Below are positions 14,101 to 27,150 of a DNA stretch of 64,000 nt, piece by piece. Every line of letters starts with the position of its first letter. The first letter of the stretch is position 1. Where the stretch lies: the NCBI GenBank assembly GCA_016748015.1, contig JAAOMT010000703.1, positions 124,001 through 188,000 on the forward strand, in the 5' to 3' direction. The stretch comes from Geosiphon pyriformis uo1. Lineage: Eukaryota > Fungi > Glomeromycota. Below the pieces are notes generated by a model that made no database searches, was not told the origin of the DNA, and saw only the letters and a program-made list of their open reading frames with translations. The position numbers and the translations under genes were made by a program.

Positions 14101-17100
14101 TTTAGAAAATAGTAGATCATAGACAGTAAAAAGACTTTTATAATCAACTTTATGGTTCAAAATGGTGTATTTTCATTGGAGACTATTAAGCAATTGTTAG
14201 TGATCAAAAAAAAATACAAAAAATTCAAGTATTATGAGTCAGTAGTAGCTAGAGACACAGCCATCAAGAGTGCAATTAAAAGATAAATGGAAAATTTCAG
14301 TTTAGATAAAGGAAACATGATAAGGAGTGTTCTTGAGTGATCTTTTTGCAAAGTTGTTTTAGATTATTTAATGATTGGTAACAACTTGATTTTGGAGTCT
14401 GTAGAGGTAAAATCTGAAGTCAACAATATTATGATAGATTGGACAAGGAAACACAGGATTCTATTTTATATGTCTAATATGTAAGCTTGTCAATATGCAC
14501 TTTTGGGATATGTTAGAGATAACACTTTTTTTAGTATTATAGACAACATTAGCCTGAAGGGATTGGTTGTAGTATTGGACAGATTGCCTAATAATAAAGC
14601 TGCTGGTTTCTTTGACATATCAAATAAGCTTTGGAAGCATTGTGGTAATGAAATGACAAATTGCCTTCTAGATTTGTTGAACTTCTGTTTAAAGCTTGGT
14701 AATATGCCTGATTTTTGAAAAAAGATGTGAATTTCAATGATTCCCAAGCCTTACAAATAGAAGGGTGTTCTAACCAATACCCAGTTTATTGTTTTAATTG
14801 AAATAATAAGAAAAATTTTATCTAAGATTCTGTTAGATCGTATTTTGTCAATTTGTAATATGTACAACATTCTTTAAAATAACAATTTTTCAGTTTTTAA
14901 AAGTACTTCAATTTAGTCTCCAGTTTTTGCTGTTGAATTAATTGTAGAAAATGCTCTTAAAAAGAGCCATGAAATCTGGTTGGTTCTATAGAACATATGC
15001 AAAGCTTATCATTCAGTTAAATAACATTATTTGAAATCTAGTTTAAAGCATATCAAGATATGTGACAAATTTATCAGGTTTTTTGGAAATATTTATGAGA
15101 ACAAATTTAATAAAATAATGACTGATTTCAGTCTCTCAGATGATTACAAAGTTTGTAATAGACTGGATCAGAGTGAAGTTTTTTCTTCTCTTTTTTGGAG
15201 AATTTTTTATGATCTTTTATTGTGTGAGGTTAAAAAACAGGAACATTTATATAAATACAGTATCAATTTTAATTTTGTGGCAAGATTAAGTAGAGTAGAG
15301 ACTAGTGAGGGCAAATTCTTATTTTTTGCAGCCAGTAGTTTTGTAGATAATATGATATGAATAGAGAATGGCCTGGCTTTAATGCAGTATATTTTAGACA
15401 TTACTAGTGAGTTTTTTGGTATCAATAACATATCCATTAATAATGACAAAATGGTAGTTATCCCTATCAATCAAAGAATGGTTGAAGCATTCTTGTGTAT
15501 TAGTGGTTAACTTATTATTATTGTCAAGTATAGAGATATTTTTTTGTCTAAGAAAAATCTATCTAAATTGAGTCTTGTCAAAGTTTATTCAGATGTCAGT
15601 TTCTTTTCAAATATGGTTCTTAAAAAAATGGTGTCAGATAAGCAGTTTTTTTATCTGGTTTCAGTGATTTTGCAACCTATTATTAGTTATTATACACAAT
15701 TTAGCTTTGTGTTCAAGAGTATATATTGTAAATAAGATGTTTTGATAAGAAAAGGGCTTAGGTCTAAAGCCAATCTGCTGAGAAATTTTCTTAATAAGAT
15801 TTTATATCATCCTTTTTTATATGGTTTGAGATCTTTTGAACAGGTTCAGATTAAGACCAAAATAGCTTCAGTTATTGAGTTTTCTAATGCTTCTGATATT
15901 CTTGGCCAGCTTTTTAAGCACTATGCTTTAGATTTACAGATTTTGGGATGGGTGTCTCTAAACCCTTTGCAGTTTTCTGTCAAGTTAAAAATTGATCCAA
16001 GGAATAATTTTTTAGCTGGCATTATGAGAATTTTTTTGGACACTGGGATGTTATTGGCCAATAATTTGCTTAACATGTTTTATATGCCTGGCTGTTATCT
16101 AATGTCTAAGATATTGGAACATGCTTTTTATTTTAATGTAGTCTATTTATTGAAGTGGTTTGGTGTTGCTTTTGGGAATGTTTTGTTGAACAAAAGTGGT
16201 TTGTTTATGAACTGGAAAACTTTTTAATATTGAAAAAAATTGTGCTCAAAAAGTCTTATATTTCTATGATTTAAAAAAGTGTATATGTTTATAAATAATT
16301 TTTTGGTGAAGTCTTCTGAAACTGGTGTTTGTTTGGGTGGTTCAAACTTCCTGCTCTCTGCTAAATTTTCAGAAGTATATATGTGATTACATGAAGTATG
16401 GGAAGGGGCAATTAATGTCTACACTGATGGATCATTAAAAGACTTGAGAATTTCACAGGTTTTTAGTGGTATAGGACATACTTTTTTGATGTTGAGATTG
16501 ATGTGAGTGTTCAAGTAAGTGGCTTGTTGTCTTCAACATTGTCCAAATTACAAGCAATTGCTTTAGCTTTGGAATGTGTTTTTTCATTTTGTTTAACCTG
16601 ACTTTTAGAATAAGTGTTAAGTAAAAAAATATTATATTGCCAATTTAATTAAGTTAAAAGACATTTCTGTAAAATGAGTAAAAGTGAAGAATTATTTGGT
16701 GGATAGAAATAAAAATTAGGCCAATACTATTGTCTGTGTAGCTGTTGAATCATATTTAGTTCTTTTTTTTGGAGTTCACAAAGAGTTTTTATAGTGGATG
16801 ATTAAGTGATTTTAGGCAATACTTGCTATTTTGTTCATAATATCTATTGAACTATCTGTCAGACATTGTAGGAAGTGAGTTCAGGTGCTGATATTTTAAA
16901 GAGTTTATTTATCTAACACATCAATTAGAATTGTATTGTCTCAGTTTGGCATCTGGATTTTTACATGTTGGCTGGTTTCATCAGCAAAAAATCAGCCATG
17001 CTACAAACATATTTAATAAAAGCCATTTATAAGAGATTGCCAGTAGCTGTCTATAAGAAGCTGTATAACAAAAAGTATCTGGGTGTTTTATGCTTGATAT

Positions 17101-17768
17101 GTAGTAACATGGAGCTGCCCAATTATGCTTTTACCTACATAAAAAATGCTTCTGTGTGTTCTGATATTATTTCAGATTATATTAATTTGTGGAAATCTTT
17201 AATTAAGGAATGCTCTCCAACTTTATTTTTGGTGCTTTATATTCTTTCTATTGAGGCTTTAGATGTCAGTGTTTATACAATTTTGTGCAAAAGTTTTGTT
17301 CTAAAAAATTGGGTGGAGGTGGTTTTGCATTTTAAAGATAAAAAAAAAGCTCTTCAAGTGGTGGTAGACTTTATTTGTTACTTGGTTGATGAGCATTATA
17401 GTAAGCTGTGGTTGCTAAAATTTAAGTTCAGAGCCTTGATAGAGAAATCTGGCTTGGTGTGTGATATAAATGTGATGTCTAATCCGTTGTGTGACAAATC
17501 CCATTTGCTATTAGAAAAAATGGCTTATTTATTTGGTCTAGTTAAATCTTTTGCTATTAGTTTCAGTTTGTGCAAACTGTATATGTTTTTTTCTGGTTTG
17601 GATATTGGTATGGAAGTTTTAGTAGGTGTGTAGTGTTATTTTAATTGGTCTAAATGGCTGGTCACATGTAATAAATACATAAGCCACATTTAATTTGATT
17701 TACTTGTTTTGTCTCTGTATATTAGATAGTGATTGGATTGCACTTGTAAAATAAGATAAAAAAAAAAT
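11110..17768 (+). mobile_element. LINE copy 3, near full length, with poly(A) tail
   Basis: ORF1 ~11250-13039, ORF2 13036-17633, conserved 3' UTR 17640-17700, A-tail ~17748-17767. Confidence 0.92.
13036..17633 (+). pseudogene. LINE ORF2 (APE-RT-RNase H-Zn finger), decayed
   Basis: Motifs KIATCNVKGIN, LGSNFNE, LPNNKAAG, FAASSFVDN, VYTDGSL (~16417-16437), CLICSNMELPNYAF. Confidence 0.9.
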
Positions 17769-19111
17769 TTACACCAAAAAAATTAATTAAATAAAACATT
17801 AAAACAATTAATTTTGATTAATAGTAATAATTAAAAATTTTAATTTTAAAATACTTTAATATATTTTTATAAAATAATGAATTTAGCCAAATTAATTTCG
17901 TTTAATACCAAATTTTAACAAAAAATACAAGATTTAAAAAACAATAACTTATTATATTTTGTTAATAAAACATAAATTTATTAATAAAAATTTTAAAAAA
18001 TACTAAAAAATAAAATAATTTAACTATTAACAAGTTTTTAATTTTTATTTGTTGTTTTAATAAAAAAAATCAGATTTTGTATTAATTATTACATAATAAA
18101 TAATAAATAACTAAAAACTTATATTTAAATTTATAAAATTTTTAATATTTTAAAAGAACAAAATAATTTTTTATTTTTAACTTAATCAATAAATATTGGC
18201 AAATTAAAATAAATTTAAAAACAGATATAAAACAGTATTTATTATACAAAATAGTAATTATAAATTCAATATAATATTATTTGAACTAATCAATATGTTT
18301 ATAATATTTTAAAAACTAATAGATATAATTTATTTTAAATTTTTGTAGCAATTTGTTATTGTCTATTTAAATAGTATAAATATTTTTTATTAATATTTAC
18401 AGATTATTTGTAATATTTACAACAGGTTTTTAAAAGATTAAAACATATTAAACTCAAATTAAATTTAAAAAAATGCTTTTTTAAAAAAAATAAATTAGTA
18501 TTTTTAAAATATATAGTTAAAAAAATAGAATAAAACCAGATTCATCAAAAATTAAAAAATTTTCAATATTCTAAAATATGCTAAAAATAAAATTTTTTAA
18601 AATTTGTAATTTATTATTAATGTTTTACAAATTTATAATTGTTTATTATCTAAAAATATAAAATTTAAATAAATTAAAACACAATAAAAGTTTTTAAGTA
18701 TTTTAGACAAAAACTTATTAAATTATCAATAATAATTTATTTTGATTATAAATATTATACAAATATATTATAAAATATAAAAAAAGTACTAAATATTAAT
18801 ATTAACTATTTATTTAGAATATAATATACATAAAAAATCATTAAACAATTATAACAAAAATAATTATTTTTACAAAAATTTTAACTAATATTTAAAAACA
18901 CTATAATTAAATAAATATATGTTAATAAAAAAGTTAAAATATTATATTATTTAAAATTATATATTTTATTATTGAAATTAACAAAATTTAATCTATTAAA
19001 AATTATATTTATAAATAAAAACTATTTTATTTAATACATATATATTTATTTATTTGGCTATTTTAAAAAAAAAACTATTTAATATATAATTAATTATTAT
19101 TATTAGCTAAA

Positions 19112-22100
19112 ATTTTTTTTTATAAGTATAGCTCAATTACTATTTAGTATAAAGAATCAAAACTAGGGACTCCAGCTAGATATAATTTATATTTTTACTA
19201 TATATAACCAATTATTTAGACCAATTAAGACAATACTAAATCTTTATATAAACTGTTGGTCTATTATTCAGACCAGAAAAAAACAAGCAGAGTTTATAAC
19301 AACCAAAACTAACTTCAAAAAACTTATCAATACTAAGCAAATAAACCATTTTATTTGACAAATCTAATACCAAATCAGAAAACACAACTGGCATTACTTC
19401 AAAATTACTGATCAAACTACTTTTTTCCATATTTGTTCTGTATTTGGACCTAAACTCTCACAAATCAAAATAATATTACTTACTCAAACTGCACATAAAA
19501 TCAACTAGAATTTGGACAGTCTTCTTATAGTTTTTAAATATCTACACAGTTTCATTATATTAATCTATAAGCACAAAGTTTTTACAAAAAAATACATACA
19601 GACTAATATTAAATAAACAAAAAAAAGATTCTATAACTACAAAAGACAATGGAATGTAAAATCCAGCCAGAAATCTCCAAACCAAGATCAATTAATCAAA
19701 ATTATTTTACAGAAATCAGACTTCTTGGAATAGAGAACATATAATTAGAAAATTCAATCTTTCTATACTGTAAACACAGTACATCTGGATATCTTTTGTT
19801 ATAAAGTTTCTTTCTGACAACAACAAATAGCTTCTTATAAACAGCTTTTATAAAATACATACACAAACTAACTAAAGTTCTACTCATTAAATTTAATAGC
19901 ATATGCAAATTCAGATGTCAAATTACAGCAATCTAAACTTAATTAATCTTGTGAAATAAAAAAATATTTGATATTCTAAAACCAAATTCATGTTCTCAAT
20001 AGGCACAATTTATAGACATATATACATTTTGAACAAAATAACAAATATTATTAAACACCAACAAATTATTAGCCATAATAAAGTATTTATACACATTATA
20101 GAACAACAACAAAAAGAAATGATCAGTTTTATATACAAAAACATCTACATATATATTATCCAAAATGCTTGAATGTCTCTTAACTTTTGATCAAACCACT
20201 AAAAAATTTTTGTTACTAATTAAATTTGCAATATGTTTTTTTTCCATTTAGCAACAGTTTCAAAAATCAGAATCTAATATACTTAATTTTGAGATACATA
20301 CATTTATGACCACCTGACTGTTTAAATGTATAATCACAATACAAAAAGATAGTATACATTCCAAAACAAGAGTAATTGTCTGTAATTCAGCCAATGTTAA
20401 TGACAGTAATTCATTAACCTTAATACTAAAACCCAAATTAACTTTTGAAAAATATGCAGCAGTTTCACCAGTTACTACTAAAAAACCCAGCTTCTTTAAG
20501 AATTTATTTGTGTAAACATTAAATTTATTTGACTAAACCTCAAGAAAACAACTTCTTAAAACTGAAAACTAATTTAATGACAAAACACTATTGTTTTCTA
20601 AAGTAGAACTCAAACTAAAAAAAACTGATACAAGCTTAATATTGTACAAAAATTTAGATGCCAAAAAAAACCAAGAAAACACTAGTCTTTTAGGATCTAA
20701 TTTTTTCTAATAATAGAATATTTTTCAATCTATAACTTTATTTCTTTTATTTAAAAGTTTGTTATAAAAGACCACACCAAACTTTTTCAAGGAACTAACT
20801 CTCTTATAATACAATAAAACTCCTAAAACATTTAACATAAAAAATCTGTTAGAACTGCAAAATGCACAAGATAAATTATTTACCAGAAAAAAACTATTGT
20901 CCAAAAAAATACAGATTATTCTAGCCAAAAAATTGTTAGAAGAACTAATATCTAATCTCACAGAATATTGCAAGAGATTTAAGAAAGCTTAGCTCAAAAT
21001 TTGCAAATCCAAAAACCTATATTCAAAAAGCCAACCAAAAATTCCAGAAGCATTTGCAAAAACCACAATAGAAGCAACTTTTTTTTCCACTTGTATTTGT
21101 TTGAATATTTTTAGACCATACAAAAAAAAATAATAGAGTATCTTACTTGGAAAATTTTAAGACAGTTCAGTTTTTAACTTAAAATTTTTTCTGATTAAAA
21201 CATCTTATTAACAACATACTATTGAAAAGATAAAACTAAACTATAAATAATAGCTAAAAATAAGTTGCAAAACTGGTAAAATCAAATACAAAAACTGCTT
21301 ATCTAAAATAGTCTTCCTTAATACCATATTAGAAAAAAACTTGATATCAAATTAAGTCTTGGCCAAACTAAGCTTAGACATTCTATTAATAAACAAAAAA
21401 ATTCCTAAATACCTATATAGTATATCACTTTTAGCAATTGTAATAAACAATCTATTAATTTTCAAAAAAGCATTTTTGATCTTTCTATTAATAAGAATAG
21501 CCACAGTTTTATTATTATTAATCAAAATATCATTAATTAAAAAAAATTTACTGGCAATATTTAATATGTACTAAGTGGCAGCTTGGTTATTTCCAATCCA
21601 AATAGTATTATTAACAAAAACACTAGTCACAAAAAATAAAAACATTTTTCTCATGTTTTCTACTTTTTTTGTTTTAATCACAAATCTAGTATTAATCTTG
21701 TATCTACACAAATGTTCTTGTCTTTTAATTTTATACAAAAAAAAATTATAAAAGATTTTTTAGAGAAGAGAAAAGAATATCTTAATTTAATCAAGTTTAT
21801 TATGTACTTTATAACTATTTATAAGACCAAAGTTTGTTATAATCTTATTTAATCTGCTTTCATAAATGCTACCAAAAAAACTGATAAATCTCTTATACTA
21901 TGATTTGCTGTAAACTTGTTCTTAAATAGTGTCAACTAACCAAATCATATATCTTATACATGTCTTACAAAACCAACCAAATCTTTTTATTTTTTTCAGA
22001 ACATTCTTAATTAACAATTCAACAGCAAAAATAGAAGATTGTTTTAAAGTATTTCTCAAAACTAAAAAGTTGTCTCCACAAAAAACACCAAACTTGCTGT

Positions 22101-25100
22101 AAGCAAAAGAGATCTGATTTAAGAAAATTTTGGAAGTAATTCTAAGCAATTTTAATTAATACAATATGATAAGTATTTGTTAAAATTTTATCCTACTCAT
22201 AAGACTTAGATATTATCAAAACCCATGCTTTTTTTCACAAAATTAAAACAATATCTAGAACTTCATATAAATTTAAAAGACCCAAAAGACACTTGAAAAC
22301 ATTATTACTACAATGTTTCCACAATTTATTAGAGATACTACTCAGATCAACAGTTTTTTTATTTGGTAGATCTTTGATCACTTAAACCAACTTTTCAAAA
22401 CTAATAATGTTCATAATATTTGAAAAAACATCATTTTTTATATAACATAACAAGACATATTAACTAGTTCAAATCTTAGGCAGAGCTTTAAGAACTACTT
22501 ACTTTCTGGTTCAACTTTCCATAATTGTATTAATCTTAGATTTAGCATTAGTAGATTTTAATATCAGCTTACTATTAACAATTAAATAGTTTAATACAAT
22601 CTTATAAAATGGCTTATTTAATATACTTCTGATTATGTGGCTTTTATCTGAGAAAAGATTTTCTATTCTTTTATTGATAATATGTTTTATAGTAATAGTT
22701 TTAGCAACTCTGGATTTATGTATTTTGGATTTGCAGTAATTCTTCCTAAACTTAGACAAACAACCAAGAACATTTATAGATTTGATGTCTTTCTGAATCA
22801 TGCTTTGCACTTCAAGAGCCTTATTTTTATTAACAACCAACCAAGTGCAAAGCAAAAAGTTAGTTTAAGACATATTACCAGACCTAAAAGATTTCACAAC
22901 TTTAACAACCAACAATTTTAATTTGAAAAACCTAGATAACTGTTTACTAAAAACACATTTGGCTTTATTGTATCAATATATAAAAAATGTTTTCTCAGCT
23001 AAATCTGCCATTATTTTTCTTAACAAATTCTATATAACATTTAAATTTTTGCCAATTTTTGTCTTTAAAAATCTATTTACTATTGCTAAAAGCTTAACAA
23101 AAAAATACTTCTTAAAACAAACTTATTTGGCACTATTTACATTAGTAATCTTAAATTTTTAACAATCTCTGTTAGCTTGTTTGTGCATGCTATTTAAACA
23201 AATATTTAAAAGACCATTTAAATCAATTAAGACCATAATGGCTTTGTAATCCTTATTAAAAAAGTCAAAAATAAAATTAACATTATGACCAACAATTATA
23301 AAAGACAAACTATTACTAATAAGAATATAATTTATGATTTTTTCAATTTCTTTTGTATTGCTCCAAGTAAAAACTTTAATTAATAGATGTTTATCAAATA
23401 AGTTAACCAAATTTGAGCTTGAACAAAATCTGAAACTTGTACTTTTCTTAGACTTATCTTTATTGAAGTTTCTACTTAAAATAACAAAAGAAGATTCATT
23501 TATGGTCTTAGCAATTAATAAGTTAATTACATTAGTCTGAGTCAATCATGTTGTTAGTACAGTATTAGTGTATAGTCTCAAAATCAAAACAGAAAGCTTA
23601 TTTTTAAAAAACAACTTAACAAACAAAAACTGACCAGTTACTTTAGAGACTTTACATATATGCTTTGTTAGAGCAATGTTTATAATAATTGCAATACCAA
23701 AATTTAAGTAACCAGAGTTCAGACCAAAAGTAAACATATAAACACCATTAAATTTATCAGCAATTTATTAACAGATTTTTTTTTTAATTTTGTTTCAGTT
23801 ATAATAGAAATTAAATTATTTATATCTTTGTGTCAACAAATAATATCTTTTTGTTTAGCAGGATTGTTTATACTCCTAATATTGCACATAGCTATTTTCC
23901 AAATAAAATTAATTATTGAGAAGAATGAGCATCAGAATTCAAACCAGCATTGTTCATTTTGGCCATCAAATCTATAACTATGTTTGACAAATTGTCTATA
24001 TTTTTTCCAATTTGAAACAACCAATAAGTCAAAAACCACTACTCTTACAACAGTTCTATCATTAATAGTCATACTTGAATCTTTATTTATCACTATATCT
24101 GTCTTATGATTCTGTGATAAAAGAGTTACTAATAATTAACATTTAAAGTTAGACTAAGAAATTATTGGCTTAAATATGTTTAACTTCTTAGTTAGCTTAT
24201 TAACCATTTCTACAAGACTAATAAAACTGTGCTTAAGACTGGTAAACCTACTATTTATTTTCTTAAAAACCAACAAAATAGGCTTTACTTTTAAAAAAAA
24301 GCCAAAATTTGACAAACTATTATGTATAGAAAAAGAAAGAAAAAACTTACCAACAATTTTCATTCAAGAAACATTATTAAAAGCAACTAGATAAACAATA
24401 AAAGCCAAATATTTAGCATAGATGGTTGTCAATTTGCTTTTATTTGTGTTTGACAATACCTTGTGAAAAAAACTTCTAAAAAGAAAATTCTTATTTATAG
24501 AACAATTCAATAACATATGACTCATATTTTTACACTTTGTATACTTAATAAAACCCAAATAAAACCAATACAGATTGGCATTTCTTAATACTAGTGTAGT
24601 TCTTATAATAGCATCAAATAACTCAACAAAATTAAAGCAAACAACATTATATTTAAATTAAGCATATGTAATTAGATGTCAATCAATAACACATGTTTTT
24701 TTACCAACTGATTCAATAAAATTCCAAATATTATAAGCATTTGTTCTAATTGGTAATATATAGAGCAGTGCCCTATTATAGTTCTTTGCATTTCATAAAT
24801 TTTTGTCTTTATCAGCTTTTGTCATATATATAGTATCTTTTTTAATTAGAATAGACTATTTTGTTGTAACCAAATTAACATATTCCATTTGCTCAAACTT
24901 CATTACAGTTTTTTGTCATATTCTTACCAACTGTATCTTGATTGACTTAATTATTTTAAACTCAGATAATACAGTATACACAGCCTTAACTGATGTTTCA
25001 ATTAGAATTTTTTTTACTATTACTGTTTAATCTGTATGCCTAATAGGTTTTTTGATATTAGTATTCACAAAACATTTACAGTCTTTGTCTTTTCTGTAGT

Positions 25101-25835
25101 TTGTATTAAATTCAATTTAGATGTAAAAGAAATACAGATAATCTTAGCAAATTTTGAGAAAATTAACACCCACCAAAATCATTGATTTCTAAAAACAGTT
25201 TTTTGACTACTATATACTTCTTTTGAAATATTTATTTAACAACCTTATTTAACCTAAAATTTAAAATAAAAAACTTTTTAACAGAAATATTGACCAGATT
25301 CTTAAGAGAAAAGAAAGTACTAAAAAAGCATTCAAAAGAACATCATTATCATTATTGTTACTCAAGAAATTGATTTTTCTTAATAACTTATCCAAAGTTT
25401 TTTTGGTCTTTATTTACAAACTCTTTGGTGTTTAGTCAAAATCTATTTCAGCAAAAATACCATTTTTATCATAATCAATACTGGTTTCTTTAACCAAATA
25501 CTTTATTTTTATGTTAACACTATTAGATTTAGTAAAGTTATCAGTTTTTGAGTTCCAAAAACAATTACTTAATTCTTTGATAGACACTTTTTTGTTGTTA
25601 ATACTATTCTTTAAAACACCACATTTTTTTTTCTTTTTAGATATAATAGATTTGATATTAACACTAGAGCCAAAATCTTTAACAAATTTTTTATGACAAT
25701 AATATTAGGACTAACAGTGGTCTCATAATTAAGCAAAAACAGTTTGGATTTATTGTACTAAATAATTAAAACTTTTTTTAACAAATATACTTTTTCTGTA
25801 AATTTTGAATATAAGAAAGAAAAAAGTTTTTTTTT
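19112..25835 (-). mobile_element. LINE copy 4, near full length, very AT-shifted; same 5' subfamily as copy 3, tail-to-tail with it
   Basis: ORF2 19236-23916 (WKIAMCNIRSIN, FVTSVFVNNTIW, KRYPDVLCLQY); ORF1 23913-~25695. The 5' region matches 11180-11260. Confidence 0.88.
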
Positions 25836-26154
25836 AATTATAATTTATATCAATAAAAAAACAAAATAAAAGCAACTAAATCATAAAAATAAACAATTAT
25901 TTAATAAAATTAAAATTAATTTAATTAGATTAATAATAACAAAAAATAATTAATATATTACAATAATAATAAATTATTTTAAATAGTTAAAAGCTAAAAT
26001 AATTAAAATAATTAATACTATATTAATAATTTATTTTGTATATAAAAATTTAATTTGTTGGTATAAATATCTACAAAAACTATTATTAGAATAAAATACA
26101 TATTTTGTAAACAATACACTAAATAAATTTAGCCAAAAACTTATAATTAAATAA

Positions 26155-27150
26155 TTTTTATTTTTATTTTTATTTATTTATTAACAAATATAATTCAACT
26201 ATTATTTAATATATAGAAACAAATTAAGTAATTCAAATTAAATATGGTTTTTGTGTTTACTATATGTAATTGGCTACTTAAGTCAATTAAGACTATATTA
26301 TATACTTATATTAAATTCTAATTCATTATCTAAATCTAAAAAAAAACAAGTTTTGTACAATCCAAAACTAATAGCAAAAAATTTAACAATTTCAAACAGA
26401 CAAACTATCTTTATAGAAAAAAAGCTAGATAAGTTATTATGTACCTTAGGCAACACTTTTTTGTTTTCAATTAAGCCATTTCTTTCCATATTAACTTTAT
26501 ATTTTGATTTAAAATTTTACAGTCTACTATAATACATATTAGCAAAATATTAAATAAAATTGTTTACTATTATTATAGCTTTTTTTTATCTTTAAATTTC
26601 AATATTGCTTTATTAATTCAATCTTTAAAAACAAATTTTTTGCACAAAACCTTATAAATGCTAATGTTAAATGTCTCCAAAAAAAAGTATATAATATTAA
26701 AGAAGTTGATAAAAAACAAGATTCTACCAAAAACTTTTACAACTTAGCATAATTTAACAAAAATTTAAAGTGCACTAAAGCATCTTTTGAACAAGTAAAA
26801 ATATAATCAAGCAATTTGATATTATTACAAAACAGACACAATATATCTAAATACTTCTTATTAAATAACTTCTTCTTAACTATAATTGGCAGTCTCTTAT
26901 AAACTGTCTTTATTAAATATGTGCAAAAAACTGCTAAAGATTTGTTAGTAAAACCAAAAAGCATATGAAAGTTAGAATGTTAAACCAAAGTAATATAATG
27001 CTAATTAATTTCTTGAACAAAAAAATTCTACAGAATTTCTATACTCAGATCTGCTTTCCATTGAGCCTGACTAATTGTTTAATAAATATCACAAACAAAA
27101 TAACAAATATTGTTTAAAACAACTAAATTGTCTGTTAAAATAAAATTTTT
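26155..27150 (-). mobile_element. LINE copy 5, 3' fragment (ORF2 C-terminus, 3' UTR, A-rich tail)
   Basis: YLIKTVYKRLPIIVKKKLFNKKYLDILCLFC and FAISFGLYKTCFFLDLD; stop at 26298; T-rich tail on + at 26155-26182. Confidence 0.85.
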
